64,000 bases of DNA, from assembly GCA_017935945.1 (NCBI GenBank), contig JAGBGN010000014.1:1913-65912 (forward strand). Direction: 5' to 3'. How positions within the stretch are numbered: the stretch's first letter is position 1; each line of letters starts with the position of its first letter. The notes below the pieces were generated by a model. It made no database searches. It had not been told where the DNA came from and saw nothing but the letters and a program-made list of their open reading frames with translations. Source of the stretch: Candidatus Methanomethylophilaceae archaeon. Its GTDB lineage: Archaea > Thermoplasmatota > Thermoplasmata > Methanomassiliicoccales > Methanomethylophilaceae. Below, in pieces: positions 44,501-54,940 of the stretch. Both the position numbers and the translations under genes were made by a program.

Positions 44501-46078
44501 TCACTCCACCATGTTGAGGAACTTGATGTCGTCGCTGCCGACTGTCTCGGAGATCTTCTTCACGATCTCGTCGGGAACGATCTGGTCGACGGTGAGGAAC
44601 ATGAGTGCCTGGTCCTCGTACCTTCCGACGGACATCTGGGCGATGTTGATTCCGACCTCACCCATGGCGTTTCCGACGACTCCGATGACTCCGGGCTCAT
44701 CCTTGTAGTGGAGGAAGAGCATGTCTCCGCGGAGGGGGACCTCGAAGGAGAAGTCGTCGACTCCGACGAGCCTTGCCTGACCGCCGATGACGGTTCCCCT
44801 GATCGTACGGGTGACACCGCTGCTGGTGAACCTCATCTCGACGACGCTCGCGTAATCCTTGGCGGTATCGTTGTTGGTCTCTGCGATCTCGATTCCCTTG
44901 GACTTGGCCAGAGGCAGTGCGTTGATGATGTTTGCGGTACCGACGATGTTCTCGAGGTATCCGATGACGGTGGTGACCGTGAGCATCTTGGTCTGCTTCT
45001 TGGCGAGCTCTCCGCAGTAGGAGATCTCGAGTTTGTCGAGGGGGTTGTTGCCGACCATCTGCTGGACGACCTTACCCATGCCGCTGACGAGGGGTATGAA
45101 CGCCTCGGTCTCCGCATCCAGGGATCCGCGGGGTGCGTTGATCGCGTTGGTGATGACTCCGTCCCTCAGGTACTTGACGGCGCATTCGGCGATCTCGACT
45201 GCGACCCTCTCCTGAGCCTCCACGGTGGATGCTCCGAGGTGGGGTGTGGTGACGAGGTTCTCCAGCTCCAGGAGCTTGGTCTCCTCCTCGCAGAGGGGCT
45301 CACTGCACCAGACATCGAATGCTGCTCCTGCGATGATTCCCTCCTTGAGTGCTGTGTAGAGGTCGTCCTCGTTGACGATTCCGCCGCGTGCCACGTTGGC
45401 GATCCTCGCGTTGGGCTTCATCATCTTGAACTGGGACAGGGAGATCATGTTCCTGGTCTCGGGCAGGAGAGGGGTGTGGATGGTCATGAAGTCGGCGTTG
45501 GAGATGACCTCCTCGAGGGTGGTGAGCCTTACTCCGAGGGCGTCGGCGACATCCTTGGGAAGGAAGGGGTCGTAACCGATCATGGTCATGTTGAACGCCT
45601 TCATGCGCTTGGCGACCTCTCCTCCGACACGTCCGACACCGATGATTCCGAGGACCTTTCCGTTCAGCTCGACACCGGTGTACTTGGACCTCTTCCACTC
45701 TCCCTTGTGCATGGACTCATGTGCGAAGGGGATGTTCCTGGCGAGTGCGAGGAGCATGGCGCATGAGTGCTCGGCTGCGGAGAGGATGTTGGCGGAAGGG
45801 GTGTTCATGATGAGGATTCCCTTGTCCGTGGCGTAGGGTATGTCCACGTTGTCGACTCCGACACCTGCACGTCCGATGACACGGAGGTTGGTGGCCGCAT
45901 CGATGACCTTGGAGGTCACCTTGGTTCCGGACCTTATGATGAGGCAGTCGTAGTCGCCGATGATACCGCAGAGCTCGTCCTCTGTGAGTCCGGGTTTCAC
46001 ATCGACGGGGAAACCGGATTTGTTCAAAATATCGAGTCCCTCGTCGGAGAGGGGATCTGAGACCAGAATCTTTGTCAT
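44501..46078 (-). CDS. serA: D-3-phosphoglycerate dehydrogenase (with C-terminal ACT domain)
   Basis: Blocks KILVSDPLSDEGL, GIIGVGRVGGEVA (NAD-binding), ARGG and HLGAST. About 525 aa. ATG 46078 is preceded by GGAGGAG. Confidence 0.9.
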   Translation of the reverse strand: MTKILVSDPLSDEGLDILNKSGFPVDVKPGLTEDELCGIIGDYDCLIIRSGTKVTSKVIDAATNLRVIGRAGVGVDNVDIPYATDKGILIMNTPSANILSAAEHSCAMLLALARNIPFAHESMHKGEWKRSKYTGVELNGKVLGIIGVGRVGGEVAKRMKAFNMTMIGYDPFLPKDVADALGVRLTTLEEVISNADFMTIHTPLLPETRNMISLSQFKMMKPNARIANVARGGIVNEDDLYTALKEGIIAGAAFDVWCSEPLCEEETKLLELENLVTTPHLGASTVEAQERVAVEIAECAVKYLRDGVITNAINAPRGSLDAETEAFIPLVSGMGKVVQQMVGNNPLDKLEISYCGELAKKQTKMLTVTTVIGYLENIVGTANIINALPLAKSKGIEIAETNNDTAKDYASVVEMRFTSSGVTRTIRGTVIGGQARLVGVDDFSFEVPLRGDMLFLHYKDEPGVIGVVGNAMGEVGINIAQMSVGRYEDQALMFLTVDQIVPDEIVKKISETVGSDDIKFLNMVE

Positions 46079-46080
46079 TT

Positions 46081-47151
46081 TCACTCCTCCATGATCTCGT
46101 CCATCACGGACAGGAGCTTCTTGATGCCCTCGGGGGTTGTATCTCCCATGTGTCCGATCCTGAACGTCTGTTCTTTGACTTCGCCGTATCCGTTGGAGAT
46201 CTCGTATCCCTTGGATTTCAGCTTCGAATGGAAATCGTTGAAGTCCAGTCCTCCACGGTTGACCACACCGATGGAATTGGACTGGTATCCTGCCTCGGGG
46301 AACACTCCCTCGAGCTTCTTGTCCGCCCAGTTGCGGACGAGGTCCGCCATCTCCTGGTGCCTCCTGTACCTTGCCTGCATGCCCTCGGCGAGCATGCGGT
46401 CGAGCTGGTAGTCCAGACCGTACATGAGTGAGACGGGGGGCGTGGTGAGCGCGTAGTTGTCGTCGCTCTGTTTCTTGATCTTGAGCAGATCGGTGTAGAA
46501 TCCTCTGTTGGGAACAGTCTTGGCCTTCTCCAGAAGCCTCTCAGAACACAGCATGACCGCTATTCCGGGAGGAAGTGCCAATGCCTTCTGGGTGCCGAAT
46601 ACGACGGAATCGGCATCGAGGTCCTTGAGCTTGATGTCCATCGCGAATGCGGATGTGACGGCATCCACGAACACGAGGGAATCGGGGTTCTGTGCCCTGA
46701 CCTCCTTGGCGAGGGCCACGGAATCGCTGAAGACTCCTGTGGAGGACTCGTTGCTCACCCAGTGGACCGCCTCGACATCCTTTCCGACCTTGCCTGCGAT
46801 GTGCTCGGGCTTCATGGCCTTTCCCCAGGGGACCTGGACCTTCTCAACCGTCTTACCGTTGAGCTCCCCGAGCTCGATGGACCTGTTACCGAATGAACCG
46901 TTGGTTATTCCCACGGTCTTCTGGTTGACTCCGTTCCTGATGGCAGCCTCGAGCATCACGGTGGCGGATCCGCCGACGAGGAAGACCTCCATGTCCGTGT
47001 CGAGTGCCTTCCTGACCTTCTCGACGATGCCTGCGTGGAGCTCTTTGTACTCCTTGCACCTGTGTGTGATCATGGGTTTGGTCATTGCCTGGAGCGTGTC
47101 CTGCTCGACATGCACTGGTCCGACTGTGAATAAGGTCCTGCTCAAATTCAA
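46081..47151 (-). CDS. class V aminotransferase (archaeal phosphoserine aminotransferase / serine-glyoxylate type)
   Basis: PLP-Lys block VVFGTQKALALPPG and N-terminus FTVGPVHVEQDTL. TTG start (47151 or 47145) lies after GTGAGGAA. The long 5' extension of ORF 46081..47733 overlaps aspC and is rejected. Confidence 0.75.
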   Translation of the reverse strand: MNLSRTLFTVGPVHVEQDTLQAMTKPMITHRCKEYKELHAGIVEKVRKALDTDMEVFLVGGSATVMLEAAIRNGVNQKTVGITNGSFGNRSIELGELNGKTVEKVQVPWGKAMKPEHIAGKVGKDVEAVHWVSNESSTGVFSDSVALAKEVRAQNPDSLVFVDAVTSAFAMDIKLKDLDADSVVFGTQKALALPPGIAVMLCSERLLEKAKTVPNRGFYTDLLKIKKQSDDNYALTTPPVSLMYGLDYQLDRMLAEGMQARYRRHQEMADLVRNWADKKLEGVFPEAGYQSNSIGVVNRGGLDFNDFHSKLKSKGYEISNGYGEVKEQTFRIGHMGDTTPEGIKKLLSVMDEIMEE

Positions 47152-47294
47152 TTCCTCACTGTAGGGATGATGACGGTGTATTATCCAACCCCTATATAGA
47201 ATGCGTGCGCGTGGGCGCGACCCGTCGCACGAAGGTCCGAAAAGTAACGTGTATGGGAATGGAATCCGCCGGATGTCCCGGCGGATGTTTTTGA

Positions 47295-48449
47295 TCAGAG
47301 CTGGCTCATGACCTTCTTGATCCTGGAGATACCCTCGCGGATCTGCTCCTCGGATGTGGCGTAGGAGAGCCTGAAGAATCCCTCTCCGCTCGGTCCGAAT
47401 GCGGAACCGGGGGTGACCGCCACGTGACCCTCCTTGAGGAGGATCTCCGCGAGTTTCGCCGAGGGGAGATCCGCATCGTACTTGGGGAAGATGTAGAACG
47501 CACCGTCGGGGACGTTGCACTGGATGCCGGGGATCTCGGAGATCAGGTCGAGTGCCAGATCGCGGCGCTTCCTGAACTCGGCGACCATGGCATCCCTTGC
47601 GTCCTGGGGGCCGGTGATGGCCTCTACGGATGCATCCTGCACGAACGAGACGGCACAGGATATGGAATGCGACTGGAGCTTGTTGATGGCCTTGATGTCC
47701 TCTTCCGGAGCGATGGCCCATCCGAGCCTCCAACCGGTCATGGCATGGGATTTGGACAGTCCGGAGACGATGATCGTGTTCTCGAACATGCCGGGGAAGG
47801 AAGCGATCGATGTGTGCTTGCCCTCATAAATGATGCTCTCGTAGATCTCGTCGGACATGACCTTGATACCGTTCCTGATGGCGATATCGGCTATCTGCTT
47901 CAGGACATCCCTGGGGATGATCCCTCCCGTGGGGTTGGAGGGCGTGTTCAGGATGATCATCTTCGTACGGGGGGTGATCGCGGCCTCGATGAGTGCCGGG
48001 TCGATGACGAACTTCTCCTCGAACTTGGTGGGTATGTAGACGGGCATACCGCCTGCGAGACGGATGCATGCCTCGTATGACACCCATGAGGGATCCGCGA
48101 GGATGACCTCGTCACCAGGATCGATGTATGCGAGCGCTGTGAGGAAGATCGCCTGCTTGCATGGTGTTATGAGGACGTTGGAAGCCTGACAGGGGACACC
48201 GTTCGTCTCCCTGGTGACATCGGCTACCGCCTTCCTCAGAGCAGGGATGCCCATCGAGGGCGTGTAGTGGGTGTTGCCGGAACGCAGCGAATCGCAACAA
48301 GCGTCGATGACGTTGGCAGGTGTCGTGAAATCGGGTTCACCCATCGAGAACGAAACGATGTCTATTCCCTCTGATTTCATCTGACTGACAAGATTGGAGA
48401 TCGCTATTGTACCTGACGCTGGAATCTCTTGAAGTCTCTTGGACACCAT
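47295..48449 (-). CDS. class I/II pyridoxal-phosphate aminotransferase (aspartate aminotransferase-like)
   Basis: Blocks GEPDFTTP and SGLSKSHAMTGWRLGW. Start ATG 48449 (MVSKRLQEI) lies after an AGAGG RBS. Confidence 0.85.
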   Translation of the reverse strand: MVSKRLQEIPASGTIAISNLVSQMKSEGIDIVSFSMGEPDFTTPANVIDACCDSLRSGNTHYTPSMGIPALRKAVADVTRETNGVPCQASNVLITPCKQAIFLTALAYIDPGDEVILADPSWVSYEACIRLAGGMPVYIPTKFEEKFVIDPALIEAAITPRTKMIILNTPSNPTGGIIPRDVLKQIADIAIRNGIKVMSDEIYESIIYEGKHTSIASFPGMFENTIIVSGLSKSHAMTGWRLGWAIAPEEDIKAINKLQSHSISCAVSFVQDASVEAITGPQDARDAMVAEFRKRRDLALDLISEIPGIQCNVPDGAFYIFPKYDADLPSAKLAEILLKEGHVAVTPGSAFGPSGEGFFRLSYATSEEQIREGISRIKKVMSQL

Positions 48450-48574
48450 GGATACGCCTCTTTCTGATGTCCAGTGCATCAGATGTACGTTCTTAAGGAT
48501 TGTTCCACTGAACGTGGTCTGAGGGGTGCGATGGTCCGCCGGACAGCTCGTCCGAGCACTGAAGTCCTTCTACC

Positions 48575-49648
48575 TCAGGACATGATGTCCTTGATGTGGC
48601 CCTGTTCGGCCGCATCCTTGATCTCCATGGCCAGCCTGGCGCCGGTGCTCAATCCGGGGTAGATCAGGTCCGCATAGGGAGATCCGGAGATGAAGGGGTT
48701 GGTTCCGGCGACGATCCTGGTGGAGATTTCGAACACCTTGAACTGGAGCTTGTCGTTGACGACGGTCTCCAGGCAGAACGGTCCCCACATTCCTCCGAAC
48801 AGCTCGTAGGACTTGTTGACGACCTTCTCCGCCATCTCGAACGCCTTGGGAAGCAGGGATTCGCGGATGACGACGGGCGTGTTTCCGGTGACGACGAAGG
48901 ACGGGTAGAGGCCGTGCCTCTTGGACTCCTCGATGGAACCCATCTTGTACATCTCATCGATGTTGCTCTCGTCCCTACGGTCGATGGACAGGAGCTCGAG
49001 GGATCCTCCCTGCTCGCACCTGTATCCGTCGGTCTTGAACGGGTCGTAGAAGAAGTGCATGTAGTACCTGGTTCCGAGGCAGTACTCCTGGATCGTGTAC
49101 GGCTGGGACTGGTCCACTGCCATCTTGAAGTCGGGGTAGTCCATGGCGATGAAGTACCCCCTTCCACCCTTGGCTCCATGATACTTGACCATGACAGGTT
49201 CATCGATCTCCCTCGCATCGGTGATGAGACGGGGCATCGGGACACCTGCCGAGGTGATCCACTGCCTCTGCCTGTCCCTGTCCGATTCCCAGTTGAGGAC
49301 CGCACGGTTTCCGTAGGACGGGACCTCGTAATCCGAGAAGCGCCTGGAACCCATGTACTCCACGAACGAACCGTGGGGGATCAGGATGACATTCTGATCC
49401 AGAAGCTCACCGGTACGCTCCTCCATGTCGTCGAAGTCCTGGTACTTGATGATGTTGTCAGGCTTGGCGAGGGGGAACGCATCGTAGTACTTCGTGCTGT
49501 GGGAGATGGTGAGACCGAGAGTCTTGAACCCCATCTTCCTGGCTCCGTGGAAAATCTGGAGTGATGAGTGCGAACACAATGTTGCGATGGTCAGATCCTT
49601 CAAATCGTAACCGTCTAAAATTTCATCAATCCTGCTCTTGGGAACCAT
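48575..49648 (-). CDS. purP: FAICAR synthetase (formate- and ATP-dependent AICAR formyltransferase)
   Basis: Typical PurP N-terminus (ILDGYDLKDLTIATLCSHSSLQIFHGA) and ATP-grasp body. A TTTATAAT box lies about 25 nt upstream. Confidence 0.85.
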   Translation of the reverse strand: MVPKSRIDEILDGYDLKDLTIATLCSHSSLQIFHGARKMGFKTLGLTISHSTKYYDAFPLAKPDNIIKYQDFDDMEERTGELLDQNVILIPHGSFVEYMGSRRFSDYEVPSYGNRAVLNWESDRDRQRQWITSAGVPMPRLITDAREIDEPVMVKYHGAKGGRGYFIAMDYPDFKMAVDQSQPYTIQEYCLGTRYYMHFFYDPFKTDGYRCEQGGSLELLSIDRRDESNIDEMYKMGSIEESKRHGLYPSFVVTGNTPVVIRESLLPKAFEMAEKVVNKSYELFGGMWGPFCLETVVNDKLQFKVFEISTRIVAGTNPFISGSPYADLIYPGLSTGARLAMEIKDAAEQGHIKDIMS

Positions 49649-49842
49649 ATTGTTGGATATGTTTCCGAATTATAAAGGTTGGGGTTACATTCGAAACATC
49701 CACGAATGGTCATGATCAGGACCCGTCACCGGTGACCAACCTGTGAACGCCGTTGATTCCCACTTTCATCAATCCCCCGTGCGCGGTTATATACACTGTC
49801 CGTGATTGGACTGTCGTCCCCACTGGGGACAAGGTCGATACC

Positions 49843-51165
49843 ATGGCAGAGATAGAACTAACACCCCATGTTGAAGAGATAAAAAGGGTGCTTGAGAACA
49901 AGGTCGACGAAGAGGTAATTGTGAATGAACTGAACAAATACCTCAACGAATACCACGTGACACTCGATTCCGCCAAGAGGGGAATCATAAGGAAGTACGG
50001 AGGAGGGGATGTCGCAGCGTTCACCCCCGCCGGTGCCGTTGTCAAGAAGATCGATGAGCTCACCGGAACGGAGCAGAACGTCGACATACAGGCCAAGGTC
50101 GTCTACGTGGAGAACAAGAGCATAACCGTGAAGGGATTGAGCAAGACCATCGTATCTGGAATACTCGGTGACGAGACGGGAACCGCATCCTTCACCATCT
50201 GGGAACCAGGCAGCGTCATGCTGGAGAAGGGTTCCGTTTACAATTTCAAGAACTGCTACTGCAAGCTCTGGAACGACAAGGTCCAGATCAACCTCGGGAA
50301 CAGGGGACGCGTAGAACCGGCATCCGGAGTGTCCATCGACCTCCCTGAGCGCACCATAGCCGTGAACTCCTCCGAATGCAAGATCGGAGACATCAGGGAC
50401 GGGATGGGCAGCGTCACCGTCACCGGGCGCATCGTCACGTACGAGGCCAGGAACGTCATGGTGAAGGGGGAGCCCAAGACGGTCTACTCGGGAATCATCG
50501 CAGATGACACCGGCAAGATCCAGTACTCCGCATGGAACGACTTCTCCTTGAAGGAGGGCGAGACCATCTGCGTCAAGAACGCCTACATCAGGTCCTGGAA
50601 GGGCATACCCCAGTTGAACATGGGGGACAGATGCGAGATCAGCCGCGTCGACTCCGTGTTCGACGTCGTCGACACCAGTGGCAGCAAGAAGACCATCGAC
50701 GAGATCACCAGGATCGGCGGTGGACTCGACATCACACTCGAGGGGATGGTTGTCGACATGAGAGCAGGCAGCGGCCTGATCAAACGCTGCCCACAGTGCA
50801 ACCGCTCCATCCTCAACGGAGTGTGCACAGCGCACGGACAGGTCAACGGGACACCTGATCTCCGCATGAAGATCGTCCTCGACGACGGAACCGGTGCGAT
50901 CGGTGCGATAGTCAACCGCAAGGACACCGAGACCCTGACGGGCATCACCCTGAAGGCCGCAGAGGGCCTGGCGATGGCACAGGGCGAGGGAGTTGTCGCC
51001 AGGGAGGTCGCCGGAAAGATCCTGATGAAGAGGATCTCGATCACAGGCAACGTCATGAGCGACGACTACGGGCCGAGCATGATCGTGAAGAGCGCATCCG
51101 TGCTGGACGTGGATGTGGTATCCGAGGCCAACAAGCTCCTCGATGAAGTGGAGGGATCGCTGTGA
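49843..51165 (+). CDS. rpa: replication protein A, large subunit (multiple OB folds plus zinc finger)
   Basis: Repeated OB-fold modules and a zinc motif CPQCNRSILNGVCTAHG. ATG 49843 lies inside the longer ORF 49753... Confidence 0.75.
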   Translation: MAEIELTPHVEEIKRVLENKVDEEVIVNELNKYLNEYHVTLDSAKRGIIRKYGGGDVAAFTPAGAVVKKIDELTGTEQNVDIQAKVVYVENKSITVKGLSKTIVSGILGDETGTASFTIWEPGSVMLEKGSVYNFKNCYCKLWNDKVQINLGNRGRVEPASGVSIDLPERTIAVNSSECKIGDIRDGMGSVTVTGRIVTYEARNVMVKGEPKTVYSGIIADDTGKIQYSAWNDFSLKEGETICVKNAYIRSWKGIPQLNMGDRCEISRVDSVFDVVDTSGSKKTIDEITRIGGGLDITLEGMVVDMRAGSGLIKRCPQCNRSILNGVCTAHGQVNGTPDLRMKIVLDDGTGAIGAIVNRKDTETLTGITLKAAEGLAMAQGEGVVAREVAGKILMKRISITGNVMSDDYGPSMIVKSASVLDVDVVSEANKLLDEVEGSL

Positions 51166-52076
51166 ACGCCAGGGAGACAGCATGGAGGATGTTCGCCACC
51201 GAGCTGAACTCATCCTCGCTGGAGATCAAGGCCACCGAGGAGAAGAGCCCATCCTACCTCATATCCCCGCTCGGAGCTAAGGTGAACAGGGTCCTGATCG
51301 CAGGGGCTCTCACCGAGAAAGAGAACATCGGCGGAGACGACGAACCGATGTGGAAGGCAAGGGTGCAGGACGTCTCGGGCAGTTTCTACATCAACGTGGG
51401 CCGTTACCAGCCCGAGGCATCGGCGGAGATCGCCGACCTGGAGGTCCCCTGCTTCATAGCCGCTGTGGGAAGGGTGAGGACCTACACCGCCGATGACCAG
51501 AGGGTCTTCGTGTCCGTGAGGCCCGAGCACATCGTCAAGATCGATGAGAAGACCCGCAACGAATGGCTGTTGGAGACCGCGAAAACCACCTGGAGGAGGC
51601 TCAAGAACGCCAAAACGGTCCTCGGGATGGCGGATGCTACAGAGAAGGACCTCGTCGACATGGGCATGACTCCGGCAGAGGCATTCGGGCTGCTGTACGC
51701 ACTCGACAACTACGGCCAGATGCCTGATTCCACGATGTACCTGAAGACCATCCAGAACGCGCTCAGGATGCTCCTCCCGGATAGGAACGTCGACCTCGGA
51801 TTCCCCGAGGACCTCTCCGACGAACCTGATGAGATCGAGATCGATGCCGTGGGTTCCCCTTCCGGTAACGCGAACACCTACGGCCAGATGGAGGAGATCA
51901 TCCTGGCCATGCTGGAGGAACTGGATGTCGATGGAAAGGGCGCTCCCCGCGACGAACTGGAGAGACGTGCCGAAGACGAGGGCATATCCAGTATCGAGCT
52001 CGAGGAGATATCGAACATCCTGATGGACAAGGGCCTGGTCTACGAGCCCAACCTCAGATACCTCAAACGCATCTGA
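51162..52076 (+). CDS. replication protein A, RPA32-like subunit (OB fold plus C-terminal winged helix)
   Basis: GTG start overlaps the stop of the large subunit. OB-fold region (VNRVLIAGALTEK...VGRVRTY) and an acidic linker followed by a wHTH-like C-terminus. Confidence 0.65.
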   Translation: MNARETAWRMFATELNSSSLEIKATEEKSPSYLISPLGAKVNRVLIAGALTEKENIGGDDEPMWKARVQDVSGSFYINVGRYQPEASAEIADLEVPCFIAAVGRVRTYTADDQRVFVSVRPEHIVKIDEKTRNEWLLETAKTTWRRLKNAKTVLGMADATEKDLVDMGMTPAEAFGLLYALDNYGQMPDSTMYLKTIQNALRMLLPDRNVDLGFPEDLSDEPDEIEIDAVGSPSGNANTYGQMEEIILAMLEELDVDGKGAPRDELERRAEDEGISSIELEEISNILMDKGLVYEPNLRYLKRI

Positions 52077-52083
52077 TCAAACA

Positions 52084-52100
52084 GCCGGGCATCGCCCGGC
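52084..52100. terminator. GC hairpin between convergent rpa and memo genes
   Basis: GCCGGGC-atc-GCCCGGC, a perfect 7-bp stem, fills the 26-nt gap between the two stops. Confidence 0.35.
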
Positions 52101-52102
52101 AC

Positions 52103-52921
52103 TTACCCCTTTCTGAAAACGGCCGATGCATAGCCCACGACCGAATCCTCATCCGTGCACAGGGAATCGAATGAATCCGTGTATGCCAGGATTTCAGCGG
52201 AACAGCCCTTGGAACACATCATGGCCACCGATACTGGCCCGGGACCGCACATCGACACCCTGTTCCCCCTGACACAACCCATCATCCCCTCGGCATCCAT
52301 GGAGCGGACCCTGTCCAAGACCATGCCGTCCAGACGTGTGGCCTCAGATTTGGGTATGTAGTGCGACATGTCCGTGGAGGCCAGAACGATGACATCGTAT
52401 CCTTCGCAGGAATCCGATATCGCCTCGGCCAACATCTTCGCCGAACCGAACGATTGATCGCCCATGATTATTGGGACTATGCGCGGATCGGGATCTATGG
52501 ATTGTATGAACGGGACCTGGACCTCCACGGAATGCTCGTACATGTGATGGTCCGGTCTGTCGGGGATTGAGCGGGAGAGCCTGCGACAGATGTCCTCGTG
52601 CACACGGCATTCCCCGAAGGAGGTCATGTATCCCTCGGAGCACATCGAGACCGTCGGGACGATCCCGTGGTGGTCCGGACCGATGATTACGTACGCTTCA
52701 GGCAATCCATCCTCCATTATCGCCGCGTACGTGTGTGCGGCATTCATCCCGGATGCCATGTATCCGGCATGCGGTGCGACTGCACCGCGGATTGAACGCG
52801 ACCCGGTTCCATGTCCAGGGATGCCGGGGCCCAGTCTGTGAAGGAAGCACGATTCGATGACATCGCGCAGGGAATCCGGATCGGAAGGGTAGAAACGACC
52901 TGAGACTGAAGGTAAGCGCAT
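52103..52921 (-). CDS. MEMO1 family protein (AmmeMemoRadiSam system protein B)
   Basis: Blocks MRLPSVSGRFYPSDP, GAVAPHAGYMASG and IIGPDHHG. Confidence 0.8.
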   Translation of the reverse strand: MRLPSVSGRFYPSDPDSLRDVIESCFLHRLGPGIPGHGTGSRSIRGAVAPHAGYMASGMNAAHTYAAIMEDGLPEAYVIIGPDHHGIVPTVSMCSEGYMTSFGECRVHEDICRRLSRSIPDRPDHHMYEHSVEVQVPFIQSIDPDPRIVPIIMGDQSFGSAKMLAEAISDSCEGYDVIVLASTDMSHYIPKSEATRLDGMVLDRVRSMDAEGMMGCVRGNRVSMCGPGPVSVAMMCSKGCSAEILAYTDSFDSLCTDEDSVVGYASAVFRKG

Positions 52922-52970
52922 GGTAGGAAAAGGAAGGGGTTTGGGGTAAATTGTTTTTCTGACTGTGAAA

Positions 52971-53600
52971 TCAGACGAGCTTTGCCTCGAAGTCCTCGAT
53001 CTCCATGTTGAAGTCTGCGGGGTCCTTCAGGTCTCCCCTTGCGTAGAGGACTTCCCTGGAGAGGAGCCAGTAGATGCATGCGAGTGCACGCCTTCCCTTG
53101 TTGTTGGTGGGGATGACGAGATCGACGTTGCGGGTCTCGTTGTTGGCATCGCACATTGCAACGATGGGGATTCCGAGGTTGAGTGCCTCGTTGAGTGCCT
53201 GCTTGTCTGCAGAGGGGTCGGTAACGACCAGGACCTCGGGCTCGATGAATCCGGGGTTTGCAGGGTTGGTCAGGGTTCCGGGAACGAAACGGCCTGCGAA
53301 TGCGGGTGCTCCGATTGCCTTGGAGAACTCCCTTGCGGGCTTCTGTCCGTACTGCCTGGCAGAGACGACAAGGACCCTCTTGGGGTCGTAGCGTGCGAGG
53401 AAGGAGGCTGCTGCCCTGATCCTCTCATCGGTCTTCTTGACATCGAGCACGTACAGTCCATCCTGCCTGACCTTGTAGATGAAGTCCTTCATGTCGGCGG
53501 ACTTCTGCTGGGTACCGATGTGTACTCCGGATGTCAGGTAGATGTCTTCTGCGACCAACAGGTCGTTGCATACAGTGGTGGTGTTCTCCTCGTCACTCAT
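52971..53600 (-). CDS. rps2: 30S ribosomal protein uS2
   Basis: Blocks [18 protein letters not shown] and PDVLVVTDP-type ([13 protein letters not shown]). 209 aa. Confidence 0.9.
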   Translation of the reverse strand: MSDEENTTTVCNDLLVAEDIYLTSGVHIGTQQKSADMKDFIYKVRQDGLYVLDVKKTDERIRAAASFLARYDPKRVLVVSARQYGQKPAREFSKAIGAPAFAGRFVPGTLTNPANPGFIEPEVLVVTDPSADKQALNEALNLGIPIVAMCDANNETRNVDLVIPTNNKGRRALACIYWLLSREVLYARGDLKDPADFNMEIEDFEAKLV

Positions 53601-53613
53601 TTAAAAAACCTCT

Positions 53614-53784
53614 TCAGTTCTTAACGACAGTAATTGGAATGAGATCCTTGTCATATTCCAGCATGGCGATGTCGATCGGATCGAGCATGTCCTCAGGGTA
53701 ATCCACCAGGACGGGTGCACCGTATGAAATCTGCAGTGCCCTCGCTCCGATAATCCTTGCTTTCTCAAATCTAGTGTACTTCAT
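53614..53784 (-). CDS. rpoK: DNA-directed RNA polymerase subunit K (Rpo6)
   Basis: [24 protein letters not shown]... is the hallmark of RpoK. Alternative starts are at 53796 and 53817. Confidence 0.85.
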   Translation of the reverse strand: MKYTRFEKARIIGARALQISYGAPVLVDYPEDMLDPIDIAMLEYDKDLIPITVVKN

Positions 53785-53938
53785 ATGAGTCACCATACGG
53801 GATGACCCTCGTAACAACAGGCTAATTATATAGTTTTGCCCGCCCTTATTTTTACTGTTAGTCTGAACATCTAATAACGTACGCGCGCGTGTAAGTTATA
53901 GGAAAACGTTTTTCTACACCGATTGGGAATCCACCCCC

Positions 53939-54448
53939 ATGACGAGCGAATCGGACATCTGTGTGGCAACGTTCTTCCGCTATATCGGGAAGGACGTCAC
54001 GACCGTGGAGGACTTCGTGATGACTACCTCGTTGCAGATGAAGTGGATGTCGCCATCTGATTCCAAGGTACTGCTGGCACATTTGGAAAGGGGGGGTTCC
54101 ATCGTCCGTGACGGGGATTTCATCCGGCCTGCCGGCGACATCTCCGCCGTCGATGTACCGCTCGCGTACAAACCATCCAATGACCTCGTTACCGCGATGA
54201 AGGGTGCACCCGCGCCCAAACCCCGTGACACCAAAAACGATGATGGGGAACCGGACATGTTCCACAAGCTCATGGATGTCGCCAAGGAAGCGGGAATGGA
54301 GATGAGGGAGTTCATCCCATCGTGCAATAAGATTCAGAAAAGGTTGGATATCGACATAGGTGTCGCCGCCCTGATAGTCCTGAGGGACCATGAGGTCGAC
54401 ATATCCACCTATGCCGATGAGGTTTACGAGTACGTCAGGAAATCCTGA
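53939..54448 (+). CDS. conserved archaeal hypothetical protein (possibly DUF2240 family)
   Basis: 169-aa ORF with coding bias, preceded by ACGCGCGCGTG plus TAAGTTATAGG. The family assignment is from memory only. Confidence 0.5.
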   Translation: MTSESDICVATFFRYIGKDVTTVEDFVMTTSLQMKWMSPSDSKVLLAHLERGGSIVRDGDFIRPAGDISAVDVPLAYKPSNDLVTAMKGAPAPKPRDTKNDDGEPDMFHKLMDVAKEAGMEMREFIPSCNKIQKRLDIDIGVAALIVLRDHEVDISTYADEVYEYVRKS

Positions 54449-54940
54449 TCACTCTTTCTTGATGAAGTTGGCAAGGGTCATCTTGTTGGACTGGTTGCCA
54501 CCGCCCACGGTAACACCTGACTGGACGGCCTCGGTCAACTTGATTCCCAGGGCCTTCTCGATCTTCTTGATCAACTTGTCGTCGGGGATCAGGTTGTTGC
54601 TCTCGATCTTGGAGAGTGTACCCTTCTTCTCGAGGATGGATGCCGCGAATTCATCGAGGTCCATTCCCTTGGCCTCACGGGCCTCCCTGATCACACCACC
54701 GTAATCGTCTACGAGCTCGATGGAAGTGGAGCCGGCGTAGATATCCTTGGACTTCATCCTCCTCTCACGCTTCTGGAGCCTCTCCTCGATCACGGACTGC
54801 GTGACGGGGGCACCATCCCTCTGTGATCCCCTGTAATCCTCGCCGAACCTGGCGCAGTTGGGGCAAACGGTCAGTTTCGACCCTTCGACGATGACGTTCT
54901 TCGTCACGGGTACGTCCTTGCCGCACATCTCGCATATCAT
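54449..54940 (-). CDS. mbf1: multiprotein bridging factor 1 (zinc ribbon plus XRE-type HTH)
   Basis: N-terminal MICEMCGK...CPNC ribbon and a C-terminal HTH (EFAASILEKKGTLSKIESN). Confidence 0.8.
   Translation of the reverse strand: MICEMCGKDVPVTKNVIVEGSKLTVCPNCARFGEDYRGSQRDGAPVTQSVIEERLQKRERRMKSKDIYAGSTSIELVDDYGGVIREAREAKGMDLDEFAASILEKKGTLSKIESNNLIPDDKLIKKIEKALGIKLTEAVQSGVTVGGGNQSNKMTLANFIKKE

Noticed and set aside
47264-47286. Perfect 9-bp hairpin ATCCGCCGG-atgtc-CCGGCGGAT after the aminotransferase stop, considered as an intrinsic terminator.
   Set aside because: In the sense of the minus-strand gene it is not followed by a T-run, because the T-run lies on the other strand. It may still stabilise the 3' end, but I do not call it a terminator.
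47152-47733. 5' extension of ORF 46081..47733 (550 aa), which would overlap the aspartate aminotransferase gene.
   Set aside because: The extension is Arg/Pro/Gly-rich nonsense. The aminotransferase class V homology begins at ...FTVGPVHV just after a TTG with an RBS at 47151/47145.
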